Origin: an uncultured delta proteobacterium
GTDB lineage: Bacteria > Desulfobacterota > Syntrophorhabdia > Syntrophorhabdales > WCHB1-27
DNA: 64,000 nucleotides
Assembly (NCBI GenBank): GCA_963810935.1
Contig: CAWEPK010000007.1
Coordinates: forward strand, 352,001-416,000
Direction: 5' to 3'
The translations under genes were made by a program, and so were the position numbers. Shown here in pieces: positions 11,750-24,172 of the stretch (its first letter is position 1; every line of letters begins with the position of its first letter). The notes below the pieces were generated by a model. It worked only from the letters and a program-made list of their open reading frames with translations. It made no database searches and was not told the DNA's origin.

Positions 11750-13058
11750 AACGCCGCAAAAAGAAAAACTCAACGTCCTCTTCGTCGATGACGAGGTCAA
11801 CGTGCTGCGCTCCCTGTCGAGGCTTTTCGCGGATGAGGAATACGGCGTTATAACGGCAGAGTCGGGAACGGAGGGCCTCGAAATCCTGAAACGGACGGAG
11901 GTAGGCGTAGTCGTTTCCGATCAGTCGATGCCCCGGATGAAGGGCGTCGAGTTCCTCGAGCGGGTAAAGGAGACATGGCCCGATACCGTAAGGATCGTCC
12001 TGACAGGCCAAGCGGACCTGACAGCCACAATCGATTTCATAAACAGGGGCGGGGCTTACCAATACATAGCTAAGCCATGGGACGATGACAACCTGATCGC
12101 CGCAGTGCGGAGGGCTGCCGAAAAATACAGGCTGGTCAAAGATAACAGGTCCCTCACGGAGCTTACGCGAAAGCAGAACGACGAGCTGGCAAGATGGAAC
12201 AGGGAGCTTGAGATCTACGTACAGGAGCAGACTGTCGATCTGACCGAGAAGAACAAGGAGTTGGTCCGGGCAGGCGACAGGCTCAAGAAGAACTTTCGCG
12301 ATTTCATCGTCACCATATCGAGCCTGATCGAGCTTCGCAACACCAATATAATAAATCACTCGAATAATGTCGCCGCAGTGGCGCGGGAGATGGCAAGGCA
12401 GATGGGGCTGGCCTATGAAGATGTCGAAGACATAGCTATTGCCGCGCAGCTCCATGACGTGGGTAGAATCGCCGAGGCCGACGCAATCCTGTTGAAGCAG
12501 GCCAACGAGCTGACCCCTGACGAAATGTCGGAATACAGGAAACACCCGGTGCGCGGACAGGCGGCGATACATTCGAACGAGCCATTGGCCAGGGCCGGAA
12601 CCTTCATCAGGAGCCACCACGAGTGGTTCGATGGAAGCGGCTTCCCGGACGGCCTCAAAGGGGACGGGATACCCCTGGGCGGGCGCATCGTCTCCATAGC
12701 GGACAAGTACGACAGGATGCTGCAGGACCGCACTGCCGGGCTTGCCCTCGAAGAGCTATCGAAGCTTAGGGGCGTGCAGTTCGATCCAAGCCTTTATCAC
12801 CCGTTGGAAGACGCCGTGATGGTTCTTGAAAGCGCGCGGTCGCAGAACCGGGGCGTTGAGAAAAAGCTCGCTACCGGAGAGCTGGCCCCGGGGATGATAG
12901 TATCGAGGGAGGTAAGGAGCGGCACAGGCATTCTGCTTTTTTCGGAAGGCGCGGTCCTTAACGCATACAGAATCAATTTGCTTCTCAGGCATTTTACCCT
13001 GGACCCTCCGGCCTCCAGGGCCGTCTACATACGGATGCCGGAAAATCAGCCTGCGTAA
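11742..13058 (+). CDS. Response regulator with HD-GYP-like domain
   Basis: REC (VDDE, SDQSMP, KPW) plus LHDVGR and HHEWFDGSGFP; overlaps the upstream stop. Confidence 0.9.
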   Translation: MSETPQKEKLNVLFVDDEVNVLRSLSRLFADEEYGVITAESGTEGLEILKRTEVGVVVSDQSMPRMKGVEFLERVKETWPDTVRIVLTGQADLTATIDFINRGGAYQYIAKPWDDDNLIAAVRRAAEKYRLVKDNRSLTELTRKQNDELARWNRELEIYVQEQTVDLTEKNKELVRAGDRLKKNFRDFIVTISSLIELRNTNIINHSNNVAAVAREMARQMGLAYEDVEDIAIAAQLHDVGRIAEADAILLKQANELTPDEMSEYRKHPVRGQAAIHSNEPLARAGTFIRSHHEWFDGSGFPDGLKGDGIPLGGRIVSIADKYDRMLQDRTAGLALEELSKLRGVQFDPSLYHPLEDAVMVLESARSQNRGVEKKLATGELAPGMIVSREVRSGTGILLFSEGAVLNAYRINLLLRHFTLDPPASRAVYIRMPENQPA

Positions 13059-13072
13059 AGAGGCCGGCCCGA

Positions 13073-15692
13073 TTAATCTGTCTCTTCAATTGCCCTGGCT
13101 ATCGCCTGGAACATTTCCTTGCGCGAGAGCGGCTTCAGGACGCACTCCCTGATGCCTGCCTCTTTCGCCTTTTCCGGCGTCACCGCCTCGCTGTACCCCG
13201 TGCAAAGTATGACCGGGATCTCTTTCCTCATGGCTATCGCTTTTTTTGCCAAGGCCAGCCCCGTTATTTTCGGCATGGTCTGGTCCGTGATGATGAGGTC
13301 GAAGCGGTGCGGGTCCGCGGTGAAGGTCTTTAATGCCTGGCCGGGCTCGGTGAAGGCGGTCACGCGCCACCCGGCGCGCTCCAGCATCGCCTTCGATATC
13401 TCCATGACGCCAGGCTCGTCATCGACGAAGAGCACGTGGCCTTTTTCCGAGGTGTCGGGCTTTACTTCTTCCGCCTCTGCCGGCGCATCTTTTAGCAAAG
13501 CGCCGCTTTGCGGAAAGAGCACGGTGAAGACCGCGCCCTTGCCCGGCTCGCTCTCGACCGCGATCGCACCGCCGCAGCCCTTAACGATGCCGTAAACGAC
13601 GGCAAGCCCCATACCTGTCCCTTCGCCCTGTTCCTTTGTCGTGAAGAAAGGATCGAACATCCGCTCCCGCACCTGTGGGGTGATGCCCGTGCCCGTGTCC
13701 CTGACGGTTAGTTTTACGTACCTCCCAGGCTTGACGTCGTCGTAATAAAGGGAATTGCGGCCGCTCACCGTCGAAAGGCGGATCGACAGCTTCCCGCCTT
13801 TCTCCCTCATGGCATGAGCCGCGTTGCTCGCCAGGTTGACGACGACCTGCTCGATCCGGGAAGGCTCGACCTCTACCGTGGCCTCTTCCATGGCCTGTAC
13901 CTTCGAGCTCTATGTCGATGGTGCTCGGGAGCGACCCCCGAAGCAGCTCATAGACGTCCCGGAGGACGGGCGCTATGGCCGCGGATTTTCCCTTCCCGCT
14001 GTCTTTCCTCGTGAATGTGAGGATCTGCTTGATCAAATCGCGGGACCGCTTCGATGCGCCGAGTATCTGCGTGATGTTGCGGCGCGTCGCTTCATCGATG
14101 ACCCCGTCGAGCGCCAATTCTGCGTTCCCGATGATGACGGCCAGCATGTTGTTGAAGTCGTGGGCGATGCCCCCCGCCAGGGTGCCGACGGCCTCCAGCT
14201 TGTGGGTCTGGCGGAGCTGCTCTTCCATCTGTATCTGATCTGTAATGTCGCGAGCTGCCGCAAATACGCCGAGGACATTCCCGGCGTCATCACGATAAAC
14301 CGACGCGTTATAGAGCACCTGAGTAACGTGCCCGTCCTTGCGCTTTATCTCAAGCGGATAGTCCCGCACATAGCCTTTATCAAACACCCTTCGATAGCCT
14401 GCCCGCGCTTCCTCCGGATCGGTAAAGTAGTCGGAGAAGTCCGTGCCTATCAGTTCGCCCCTTGCTCTGCCTGTGATCGATTCTGTTGCCGCGTTCACGT
14501 CGCCTATCTTTCCTTCCGTCGTGATTGTGACGAGCGGGTCGGGGCCCGCCTCGATAAGGCTACGGTTATAGACGTAGGCCGATTGCAAGGCGCGCTCCGC
14601 CTGCTTCCCTTTCGTAATGTCGAGGTTTATCTCCATCACGGCCGACGGCGTGCCTGCATCGTCTCTTTGCAGCGCCCAGCGGCTCAGGACCGTGATGCGG
14701 TGTCCGTTCTTCGTCGTGTGGATAAGCTCCCCTTCCCATCGCTCTTCCTTGTTCACCTCGCGCATCAGGTCGGCGAGTGGGGCCGGGAACTCGGTCTTAA
14801 GAAGCATATCCGGGGCTTTGCCCAGGGCCTCTTCTTTCGTAAAGCCGTACATTTCTTCGGCCCCACGATTCCAGAAGGTTATCCTGTTCTCCATGTCCCG
14901 GACCAAAATGGCATTATGCGCAAGATCGAGCAGACTTGCCTGTCGCTGAAGGATTTTCGTCCTCTCCCGAACGCGCTGCTCAAGCTTGCCGCGTGAGCGG
15001 CGCAACGCCTCCTCCGCCCGCTTGCGCTCTTCGATCTCCCCGCGGAGCAGGTCATTCGTCCACAGCAGCTCGGCGGTCCGCTGCGCGACCTTCTCCTCAA
15101 GCTCGTCATGGGCCTTGCGCAGCGCGTTTTCGGCAGATACCCTCCGGGAGATGTCCGTTGCCACGAGGCACGTCCTCGGCAGGCCCCCGATCGCCTGGAT
15201 GCTCCCTGAAAGCTGGACGAACACTTCTTCCCCGCTTTCGGTGACTAAGGCCATCTCGTCGGAATGATTTGCAGGGTCCTTCAGGAAGGAGGCAAGCCTG
15301 CCCCGGTGGGCGGGTGATACGAAGTTGCTGAACTTGGCGCCGATCACGGTCTCCATGCGCCTTTTCAGCATGTCGGCAAAGACACCGTTCGCGTAGAGCA
15401 CCGTGCCTGCCCGGTTGAGCGTGACCGTCCCGGCGTTCATCGTCTCCACGATCTGCCGGTAAGGCAGGTCGGGCGATTCCAATGTGTAGATTTTGGGCCG
15501 GTTCTCCGCCGACACGATGATTGCGTCGACCTCGCCGTTCCTTATTGCGTTGAGCGCCTGTTCTGCCTCCTGGAGGCGCAGGCTCAAGGTCTCGTTCTTA
15601 TATTCAAGGTTCTCCGGGCCTGTCGACAAGAGTTCCTCCTTCCAGCCTTCGTTCGTGCTCGCGGTCTTATCCGAACGCATAGGCCGGACCAA
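13073..15692 (-). CDS. Cytoplasmic PAS hybrid histidine kinase downstream of kaiCBB; frameshift near 13900
   Basis: Three PAS domains and AHDFNN; HATPase and REC lie in the 13073..13891 frame. Confidence 0.9.
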
Positions 15693-15730
15693 CCGGCAGC
15701 CAATTCAACTTTACTTTGTGATATCGGCGG

Positions 15731-16084
15731 CTAAGCCGTTTCCTTGTCCTTTGCCTTGACGTCCAGGCCGACAAGGACTTTCTCAACGTCCGTCATGTCG
15801 CCGATGAGCTTGCGCAGGGGAGGGGGCAGTTTCTTGATGAGCGTGGGGGCGGCGATGATCTGCTCTCCCGCAGCGAGCACCGGCTTCTGATAAATGTCGA
15901 TTACTTCCAGGTCGTAGCGGCCCTGGAGGTGTTCCTCGCATATCCTCTTCATGTTCTCTACGGCGCGGCTCGATCTGGCCGACGCGCCCGCGATATAGAG
16001 GCGCAGGACGTAACCCGCCTTCTTCGATCCCCTGGCCGCCTTCTCGAATATCTCGACGTCGCCCTTCGGGTCTTGCTTTTTCAT
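15731..16084 (-). CDS. kaiB: Circadian clock protein KaiB homolog
   Basis: [44 protein letters not shown]. Confidence 0.95.
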   Translation of the reverse strand: MKKQDPKGDVEIFEKAARGSKKAGYVLRLYIAGASARSSRAVENMKRICEEHLQGRYDLEVIDIYQKPVLAAGEQIIAAPTLIKKLPPPLRKLIGDMTDVEKVLVGLDVKAKDKETA

Positions 16085-16428
16085 CTGGTCCTCTGTTGCC
16101 TGGGTTTTACGGGCTTCAGATCAAGCCCGACGAGCACGCGCTCGGTATTCGATAAATCGCCTATGATCTTCTTTAAAGGGGTAGGCAGCTTCCGGACGAG
16201 CGTCGGCACAGCTATGATCTGGTCGTCCAGCGCGAGCTTCGGGTGCTTCGCCAGGTCGATTATCTCCAGGCGGTACCTGGCGGAAAGGTGCTCCTCGCAT
16301 ATCTTCTTCAGGTTCTCGAACGCTGCGACCGAGTGGGGAGTGGTCCCCAATATGTAAAGGCGCAGCTTAAATATATCGCCGCCCTGTTTTTGCGCCTTGG
16401 CCGCCGCCGCCTTCTTTTTAACGGGCAT
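16081..16428 (-). CDS. kaiB: Circadian clock protein KaiB homolog
   Basis: [57 protein letters not shown]. Confidence 0.95.
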   Translation of the reverse strand: MPVKKKAAAAKAQKQGGDIFKLRLYILGTTPHSVAAFENLKKICEEHLSARYRLEIIDLAKHPKLALDDQIIAVPTLVRKLPTPLKKIIGDLSNTERVLVGLDLKPVKPRQQRTR

Positions 16429-18139
16429 CTTTCAGCTCTCTGTCGGCCCGCCGGCGCACCGCCATCTCCTTCCGTTGCTGCTGTATCATGGCCAACCGCC
16501 TTTTCTCCTCCTGCTCGATCTTCCTGATCTCCTCTTCGTCCGCCTCTATGCCCGCCCTTATCGCCGCCAACTGCGCCTCGGCAACGGCACGCTTGCGCTC
16601 AAGCTCGCGCCGCCTGCGCCCCGTCTCGTTCTCCAGCTCCGATTCGGATGCCTTCTCCCTGGCCTCCTGTTGCGCGCGGGCGGAGCCGGTGAGCACCCCC
16701 GCCGGGCCGATATAGACGTCTTCGAGGGCTATGCCCTTGTCTGTGAGGCGGAATTCGCGCACCTGGTTCGAGTGCGCCATGCCGCGCGACTTGAGGACCC
16801 ACAGGCCCCGGTTGCGCTCGCCGTTCGATTCGATGTCGCGGAGCACGAGCCATGTATCCATAAGGGAGGAGAGGCCTATCTCCGTCCGCTCCTGGCTGCC
16901 CCCGCCCGCCGTAAGGTTGGTGAATACGGCCGTGATCTGCTCCATCTTGAGGAAATCGATGAGGCGCGTAAGCATCGATTTTACCTCTTTCTCGTTCCCC
17001 ATGCCGATGAGGTTGGATATCGGGTCAACGACGATTACCGACGGCTTATGGGTCTCGACCATGCGGTGCATCGTCGTCAGGTGCGACTCGAGCCCGAAAA
17101 CGGTCGGCCGCGCCGCCTCGAGCAGGAGGAGGCCCTTGTCGATACAGGGCTGGAGGTGGACGCCTATCGACGACATGTTCCGCACGAGCTGGCTTTGCGA
17201 TTCCTCGAAGGCGAAGTAGAGAGCGCGCTCTTTGCGCTCGCAGGCCGCCTTTACGAAGGCGGCGCAGATGCTCGACTTACCGGTGCCCGCCGTCCCCGAG
17301 ATGAGGACGGAGCTGCCGCGGTAAAACCCCTTGCCCTCGAACATCGCGTCGAGGCGCGGGATGCCGGTCGAGACGCGCTGTCTCGATGCGACGTGCCTGA
17401 GGCCCAAAGAGGTGACGGGCAGCACGCTGATGCCGCGATCGCCTATCAGGAACGGGTATTCGTTCGTCCCGTGGGACGAGCCCCGGTACTTGATTACGCG
17501 CATGCGCCTGGTCGATAGCTGATCGGTCACGCGGTGGTCGAGGACGATCACGCAGTCTGCCACGTATTCTTCCAGGCCGTGGCGGGTGAGGGTATCCTTG
17601 CCCCGCTCGCCGGTGATGACCGCCGTTACGTTCTTCTCTTTCAGCCATCGGAAAAGGCGGCGCAATTCCGCGCGTATGATCATCTCGTTCGGCAGGCCGG
17701 CGTAAAGCGCCTCTATCGTGTCGAGGACAACGCGCTTTGCTTTGATCGTGTCTATGGCGTAGCCGAGGCGGGCGAAGAGGCCGGAGAGGTCGTATTCGCC
17801 CGTCTCCTCTATCTCGCTCCGCTCGATATGTACGTAGTCCACGAGGAGCTTTTTCTGCCTGGCAAGCGTGGCGAGGTCGAACCCGAGGGACTTCACGTTC
17901 TGCGCCAATTCCTCGGCGGTTTCCTCGAAGGCCATGAAGACGCCGGGCTCGCCGTAGTCGTTCGCCCCATGGACGAGGAACTCCATCGCCATCAATGTCT
18001 TGCCGGAGCCCGCCGGGCCGGTCACGAGCGTGGGCCTGCCTTTCGGAATGCCTCCGCCGGTGATCTCGTCAAGTCCGTTTATACCTGTGGGTGATTTCGG
18101 AAAAACGTTTTTGCGGGTTGTTTTTACGGGCCTATCCAC
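16418..18139 (-). CDS. kaiC: Circadian clock protein KaiC (double domain, C-terminal coiled coil)
   Basis: Two Walker A motifs ([16 protein letters not shown]), FEE catalytic motifs, phospho-site [25 protein letters not shown] start at 18139 chosen from the upstream G-rich RBS. Confidence 0.95.
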   Translation of the reverse strand: MDRPVKTTRKNVFPKSPTGINGLDEITGGGIPKGRPTLVTGPAGSGKTLMAMEFLVHGANDYGEPGVFMAFEETAEELAQNVKSLGFDLATLARQKKLLVDYVHIERSEIEETGEYDLSGLFARLGYAIDTIKAKRVVLDTIEALYAGLPNEMIIRAELRRLFRWLKEKNVTAVITGERGKDTLTRHGLEEYVADCVIVLDHRVTDQLSTRRMRVIKYRGSSHGTNEYPFLIGDRGISVLPVTSLGLRHVASRQRVSTGIPRLDAMFEGKGFYRGSSVLISGTAGTGKSSICAAFVKAACERKERALYFAFEESQSQLVRNMSSIGVHLQPCIDKGLLLLEAARPTVFGLESHLTTMHRMVETHKPSVIVVDPISNLIGMGNEKEVKSMLTRLIDFLKMEQITAVFTNLTAGGGSQERTEIGLSSLMDTWLVLRDIESNGERNRGLWVLKSRGMAHSNQVREFRLTDKGIALEDVYIGPAGVLTGSARAQQEAREKASESELENETGRRRRELERKRAVAEAQLAAIRAGIEADEEEIRKIEQEEKRRLAMIQQQRKEMAVRRRADRELKDAR

Positions 18140-18494
18140 TCTACACCCCCCTCTCCCTCCATCGTTCTGGAGGGGCGTCAGTCGGATTTGTACGGCTTTT
18201 GGCGCGAATGCCGGTCCGATAAATTTACCGATTGAAATTACCCCAGCAGGCGGCATAAGTCAAGGATATTCCGGCCCCGGCACTAACGATGCAGGGTCGG
18301 CTGCCATAACCGGGGCAGCGGCGAATTGATGACAGAGCATCTGTTCAACGTCGTAGCGCCTTAAGGGTGTGGGGCGAAAGACTTCGCCTCGTTGTTGAAA
18401 TAGGGGACCAGGTTTTGTTGATTCTTTTGCCGGGAGAGATGTGCCCGGAAAGGGCCATTAGACAAACGTTCTTCCGGGGTTAGGCCGATTTCTC

Positions 18495-18523
18495 TTGACA
18501 CCATTGTCATACTTTATTAAACT
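18495..18523 (+). promoter_or_regulatory. Sigma70-like promoter with overlapping TGACA-N4-TGTCA palindrome
   Basis: TTGACA-17 bp-TAAACT upstream of the 18.75-kb gene. Confidence 0.5.
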
Positions 18524-18750
18524 AGTTAACCTGATAAAAAACCTCGGGTGAGTGCGGACCAAAGGAAACGGTATGCTGCACCCCCTGAAGACGTGAAAGC
18601 TCCCTGTTAGGGCCCTGAAAGGAGCGCATGCGGGCAGCGAACGGGCGCTCCGCCGGTTTCGCCGGGGAGGCATCGACCTATGGCCGCCGGACGTATGCTG
18701 CGCACCGGACGGGCTGGAGGTATAAGGTGGACGGAGGCGGGAAAACCGCT

Positions 18751-20150
18751 ATGGAAGATCTGAGCGAGGGCATTGCACTTCTGAAGGGCGAGTTGTTCGC
18801 CAACCCCGAATTTTTACGGATGCTGGGGTGGGCCGCTACCGGTGCGGATGCATCGGCCGACGCAGCCTGCGGGCCGGGCAGCCGGGGCCTTGCGGACATA
18901 AAGGCCATTCTTCAGAGCGGGGCCGCCCGGTTCGAGACAACGGGCGTGGCCAAGGACGGCACGCAGTCACGCATCGAGGTCTCCATTACGGCCGTCCCGT
19001 CTGACGGGCCTGCCTATCTCGTATGCGTCAGGGACGTCACCGACCGCAAAAAAGCTGAGAGCGACAGGGCCGTTCTGGAGGCGCGCCTTCAGAGGTCCGT
19101 CGAGGGCTTCGGCGCGTTCGCGGGTAAGCTTTCGCACGACGTCGGCAACAGCCTCATGGCGCTCATGGGGTACGCCAGCCTCCTGAAATCGAGCACCGGC
19201 GACGACAAACTGAAAAGATACGCCGACCTGATCATCAATGCCTCGGAGACTGCGGCCGGCTTCGTCCGGACATTCGGGGACGCGGGCGCTGAAGCGGCCT
19301 CTTTCGCGCCGCTCGACCTGAACGACGCGGCAATGGGCGCGGCAAAGACGCTGCTCGCCGGAGGGGGCCGGATGAGCGTCAAGCTCGCAGGCGAGCGCCT
19401 CGTCGTATCGGCGGACGCCGCGCAGCTCACGGAGGCGATAGTCTGCCTCGCCGGGGATTTACAGGATACGCCGGGGAAGACGCAGTTGCGGATAGAGACG
19501 GGCATTGCCGCCGCGCCTGCGGACGGGCAGGGCTCGGAGAGCGCGGAGCGCGCCTGGGGGATGCTCTCGATCTCCTACACAGGCGAAGGCGCAGGCGCAA
19601 GTCCGGCACAGGCCGGCCGCGCCGATGCAGCCATGCGCCTTTCCGCTGCCTACGCGACACTGAGGCGCCACCGTTGCCGGATAGCGTTTTCGGGCGCGGA
19701 GTGCGCATTTATTTCCCGCTCGCGGTAGAGAGCAGGCGCGCGGAAACTTTGGAAGCGGGGCCGGTTGCCGAAAGTCCCCAGGATGTACTCCTACTGGCGG
19801 ACGACGACACGGCCGCGCGCAGCGCGACTGCGGAGGTCCTTCGCGAAGAAGGATACGGCGTGCTGGAAGCCTCCGACGGCGAAGAGGCGATCGATACGTT
19901 TACGGATAACAAGGAGATCGTGAAGCTCGTCCTGCTCGATATGGACATGCCGAAAAAGAACGGGAAAGAGGTTTACGAGTTCCTGAAGAAGGCGCACCCC
20001 GGCGTGCGCGTCTTGTTCATCACAGGCCGGGCCAAAGAGGCCATCGTGGGGCGGGCCGCGAAGGACGGGCAGACAGGATTTGTCCAGAAGCCCGTATCGC
20101 CAACTGCACTCCTCGCCAAAATCAAAGAGATGTTGGCATCTCGGGCTTAA
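18751..20150 (+). CDS. PAS/degenerate histidine kinase/REC hybrid; frameshift near 19690
   Basis: H-box LSHDVGNSL, eroded HATPase, intact REC (ADDD, LDMDMP, ITG, QKP) in the 19674..20150 frame. Confidence 0.7.
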
Positions 20151-20363
20151 CTATTGACAAACATTGCAATAATGATATCATTCTCTATCCTTACGACAAT
20201 ATGTATCCGGGTACATCCGGAAGGTAAAGAACTGTAGAGCTATGGCATTGCTTCCTCTTTCTTCTCTCCCTCCTCCTTCCAACGGCTCCCGTCCTTTTCC
20301 GGCACGTCCGCACGCCTGGAAGACCCGGCCCGGGGTTGCTACTAACGAGAGGTCAAACCCCCA

Positions 20364-21630
20364 ATGACAAAAGACGATTTCCCGCTGAGGTCGGCAGCGG
20401 AAGAATTGCTGCGAATGAAACCGGACATGTACCTCGACGAGATGGAGAGAAGCGTGGGCGTGATGTTCCACGAGCTGCGCCTGCACAAGATCGAACTGGA
20501 GATGCAGAACCAGAACCTGATCGAGATGCAGCAGGTGGTCGAGGAGACCCGGACAAAGTATGCCCGGTTCTTTGAGTCATCGCCCGTAGCCTGCTTCATT
20601 GTCGATACGGCAGGGGTGGTCCAGGACTTCAATGCTGCGGCCATGTCTTTCCTGTCGGTCAGGAATAAGAAATTTCTTCTCCGCACGCCGTTCTCGCTGT
20701 GCGTTGCGCCGGAATCGAAGCGCGCCTTCCTCGACCTCCTCTACAAGATGAGAAAAGGCTCGGATAAAGAGACCTGCGAGGTTTTTGTGAGGAGGCGCGA
20801 AGGCAAGCCTGTTTGCGCGGTCCTCTGCGCCCAGGCGCTGCGGCGTTCCCCCGGCGAGGCGATTTGTCACATAGCCCTTATCGATATAACGGCGAGGCGG
20901 GAAGCTGAGGAGCAGGAACGGAAGCGGAGCGAGAATCACAGGATGGACGCCCTATTGACGATGGCGGGCGGCATCGCCCATGAAGTCAACAATGCCCTCG
21001 CTATTATCATGGGTTATGCAGAGATGGCCCTGGAGGACGCGGAGGATAAGAAGGTACGGCAAAGCATGGGCCACATCCTTAAAGCCGCCATAAGGGTGCG
21101 CGAGACGACGAAGGCGCTGATCTCCTTCAGCCGCCAGAAGAATGTGAGCAAGGAAAAGATCGATTTGTGCGAGGTGGTCGGGAAGGCCGCCGGTAAATTC
21201 GAGGCGTCGACGGCGAGTGCTGTCCGGATATCGATGCGCCTGGGCGATACGCTGCCTGCCGTCCTCGCCGATGCGGCAAAAATAGAGCAGACTAGTGACG
21301 AACCTCTGCGCCAACGCTGCGGCAGCCGTCCGGGAGACGGGGGGAGAGATCGAGATAAGCATCGAGAGGGCGGAAGCGGGGAAACTGCCCGCCGGGTTGA
21401 AAAAGGGGCGGTACATCCTTCTCAGAGTGCGGGATACGGGGAAGGGCATCGAGGAGAAGATTATCCATCGCGTCTTCGAGCCCTTCTTCACGACGAAGGC
21501 GTCGGGCGAAGGCCTGGGCCTGGGGCTTTCCGTGGCCTACGGCATAGTGAAAAAGCACGACGGTCAGATTGACATAGAGAGTGAGGAGGGGAGGGGGACG
21601 ACGGTCAGTGTATACCTCCCCGAAGGGTAG
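20364..21630 (+). CDS. PAS sensor histidine kinase; frameshift near 21290
   Basis: HELRLHKIELEMQN coiled coil, PAS, AHEVNN; HATPase (DTGKGI, GLGLGL) in the 21295..21630 frame. Confidence 0.88.
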
Positions 21631-21640
21631 TTGGGTGGGT

Positions 21641-21767
21641 GGGCCCGGTTAATTTTGCGGCCTTCGCGTCGTTTTTCTCGGCGCGAGTCCTCACGTACAC
21701 AAACCGTACGCTCCGGCTCTCGCCTTCGAAAAACAACGCGAATTCCATCAAAAGTTCCTCCGGCCGC
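21641..21767 (+). repeat. Palindromic dispersed repeat family A, copy 1
   Basis: Core GCGGCCTTCGCGTCGTTT...GTCCTCACGTAC...GTACGCTCCGG...CAACGCGAATTCCATC shared with the other copies. Confidence 0.85.
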
Positions 21768-21812
21768 TCGGTGAGCAAAAGCTAATTCATTTACCCTGGT
21801 GCACGGCCATTA

Positions 21813-22800
21813 TTAGATCAACACCATCAGGTGCGAGATAAATTTGTTGAGTCCCACCAACGTGCCGATCGCCTTGCCCCACCTGATTTCGTAGTGCGGC
21901 GTCAGCGTGCACCCGTACTTCCTTTGAAACGCCTCCAGCCTCGGCAATTGCGTCCCTTGCGTATCCAGCTCCTTCAGGCCCAGCTCCCCGGAGGCGTACT
22001 TTATCATCTCCCACCACGCCAGCGGCGAAGCCCCGCCGTTGCTGTCATCGCTGAATCCCCCCATCAGCGCGTATATCCTGTGCTCGTCCCAGACCGCGCA
22101 GATCGCCGACAGACTCTTTTCCGTCTTTGTCGACCGAAAGGAACATACGGCACTGCTTGCGCCTTTCCAGCTCGTCGAGGTACGCCCGCGCCTCCTCGGT
22201 CCGAAACCGCATCCCCTGCCTTTCGTACGACTGAGCGATCACCAGCATGATCCTGTCGGTCGAGGCGTCCGTCAGCACGCGCACGCCCGCCGCCTTCGCG
22301 CCCCTTATGGCCTGCCGCCTCTGCTGGTGCAGGCCCTGCCAGACCTGCTCCGTGTCGCCGATATCAAGGCGGTACGTGTACCACGGCCGCACGACGAAAT
22401 CGTCCCAGATGAAGGGGAGCATACAATCAACGCCGGGGGCGAAGAGCGCGATCCCCCAGGAATACTTTTCCGGCAGGAACTTGGCAAACGAGGAGGCCAC
22501 TTCCTGCTGGAACGATATCTGGTGGACGAGGCTGCCTTCCGGCTTTTTGACTACGAAGCCGGAATAGAACGTCATGAAGGGGGCGCCCGCCATGTGCATC
22601 CCCAGGATGTTTTTGCGCGAGGCTACGTATCCGCCGACGAGGTTCCCCGACCGGTACGCGCCCCAGAGGTCGAACGGCCTGCCTGACGCCTTCAGCCAGT
22701 ACGACTTATGGAAGATGGTGCCGTTATCGGAGATTGAGACGAATTTATCCCAGGAATCGTAATCGTTCTCGCCGATAGCCGCGATCTCGACGTGCTTCAT
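21813..22800 (-). CDS. GNAT/FemAB-like acetyltransferase; frameshift near 22100
   Basis: WDKFV...GTIFHKSYWL, YTYRLDI, RRQAIRGA; C-terminus in the 21813..22064 frame. Confidence 0.8.
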
Positions 22801-23169
22801 AGCGCATGCCTCCTTTAGAGGGGAGGGGCGTGAGCGTACGCCTTGTCCGCGCGCAAAGGTGATGGGCGCGGCCCGGGAGGATCGTCGTTTAGCTGTATTA
22901 ACAGGACGTGTCCGTCAGTGCACGGCGGGACGGGAAAAAAGCGCGCTTTTCTCGTCCCGCCGGTGCCGGCCCCTATGTGATTCCCCTAGGGCTAAATGTG
23001 GCAACGGGGAGGCGAATTGTCAACCACGTGAGGGACGTACGTCCCCGAGAGACAGGGAAAAGGCGCGAAAAGAGCCCGGCATGTCCCGCACCCCCCGTTA
23101 AATTGATTGACAAGGTTTTTCCTATCTTGATAAAGTGATGCTATGCCAGGACGACCCAAGGAGGAGAGA

Positions 23170-23949
23170 ATGAAGGGAATTGAACGCGCCTGCGGCCGGT
23201 CCGTGAAAAAGACCGCTCACGTTGCACTTGTTCTCCTCCTGGGAGCAGCTTTCGCCGCCCTCGTATCAGCGGCTTTGCCGTGCAGTGCGGCGGAGGTGCG
23301 CAACCTCAAGCCGGGCGAGAAAAACGGCAGCGCCGTATTCACATACGACCTCGTCGGCCAGAAGGGCGAGAAAGAGGCCGAGGTCAGCGTGGTCCTCATC
23401 CTGGACGGCAAGGAGTACCCGGAAAACGAGCTTCACCTGACGGGAGACTTCGGTACGGTTAAGGTCGGCAAGCACAAACGGATCACGTGGCACGTGACAA
23501 AGGACTTCGCCGACGGCTTCGACGGCGAGATCAAATACAGGATCACGGCTTCGAGCGAGGCCGGCCCGGCCGAGTCGATAGGGCCGGAGGAGCCGCAGGC
23601 AGAACTCGACCCGCAAACAGAGCCCGAGCCGCCCGCAGAAAAGCCGAGGAAAAAGGGCCGCGTCAGCAGCATGGCCGCCTCCGGGCACTACGCCGGCGGC
23701 GGAAGGATGCTGACGGAGACGGGCACGGTAGTAGCCCTGGACGACGCGGGCGGCATAGTGATAAAGACAGGCAGGTCAAGCGGCCACATGACCGTCGGCG
23801 CAGCGATACAGTCCGATACGGTAGTAGTCGTCAAAGGCAGAAGGGTGCCTGTTTCGCGGATGGGGAATGAGATAAGCGTGGGGGATACTATTACCCTGCG
23901 ATACCTTAAGGGCGACGATCTATACGCCCGTCAAATAACGAAACAATAA
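23170..23949 (+). CDS. Secreted hypothetical protein
   Basis: GGAGG RBS, signal peptide, beta-rich N-domain (YDL...GDFG.V..GK.KRITW), Pro/Glu linker. Confidence 0.7.
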   Translation: MKGIERACGRSVKKTAHVALVLLLGAAFAALVSAALPCSAAEVRNLKPGEKNGSAVFTYDLVGQKGEKEAEVSVVLILDGKEYPENELHLTGDFGTVKVGKHKRITWHVTKDFADGFDGEIKYRITASSEAGPAESIGPEEPQAELDPQTEPEPPAEKPRKKGRVSSMAASGHYAGGGRMLTETGTVVALDDAGGIVIKTGRSSGHMTVGAAIQSDTVVVVKGRRVPVSRMGNEISVGDTITLRYLKGDDLYARQITKQ

Positions 23950-23955
23950 GAAGGG

Positions 23956-24124
23956 GGGCGGCCGGATCTTTTGGCGGCCTTCGCGTCGTTTTTCTCGGCG
24001 CGAGTCCTCACTTGCCACCCGCGCCTGGCAAGCCCTGAGCGCGGGTACCCGGCTACCGTTTTATACGCTCCGGCTCTCGCCTTCGAAAAACAACGCGAAT
24101 TCCATCGAAAATCTCCGGCCGCCC
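23956..24124 (+). repeat. Repeat family A, copy 2, with 40-bp apical insert (24013-24052)
   Basis: Inverted ends GGGCGGCCGGA.../...TCCGGCCGCCC; insert TGCCACCCGCGC...GCGCGGGTACCCGG. Confidence 0.85.
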
Positions 24125-24172
24125 GTTCAGTAGTGGGGCTATGCTGTATGGTTCTTCACGCGTATCGAATCT

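Noticed and set aside
18585..18600. Hammerhead ribozyme core (CTGAAGA...GAAA)
   Set aside because: Only 3 nt between the motifs, so no stem II, and no convincing stems I/III. No riboswitch consensus recognised nearby.
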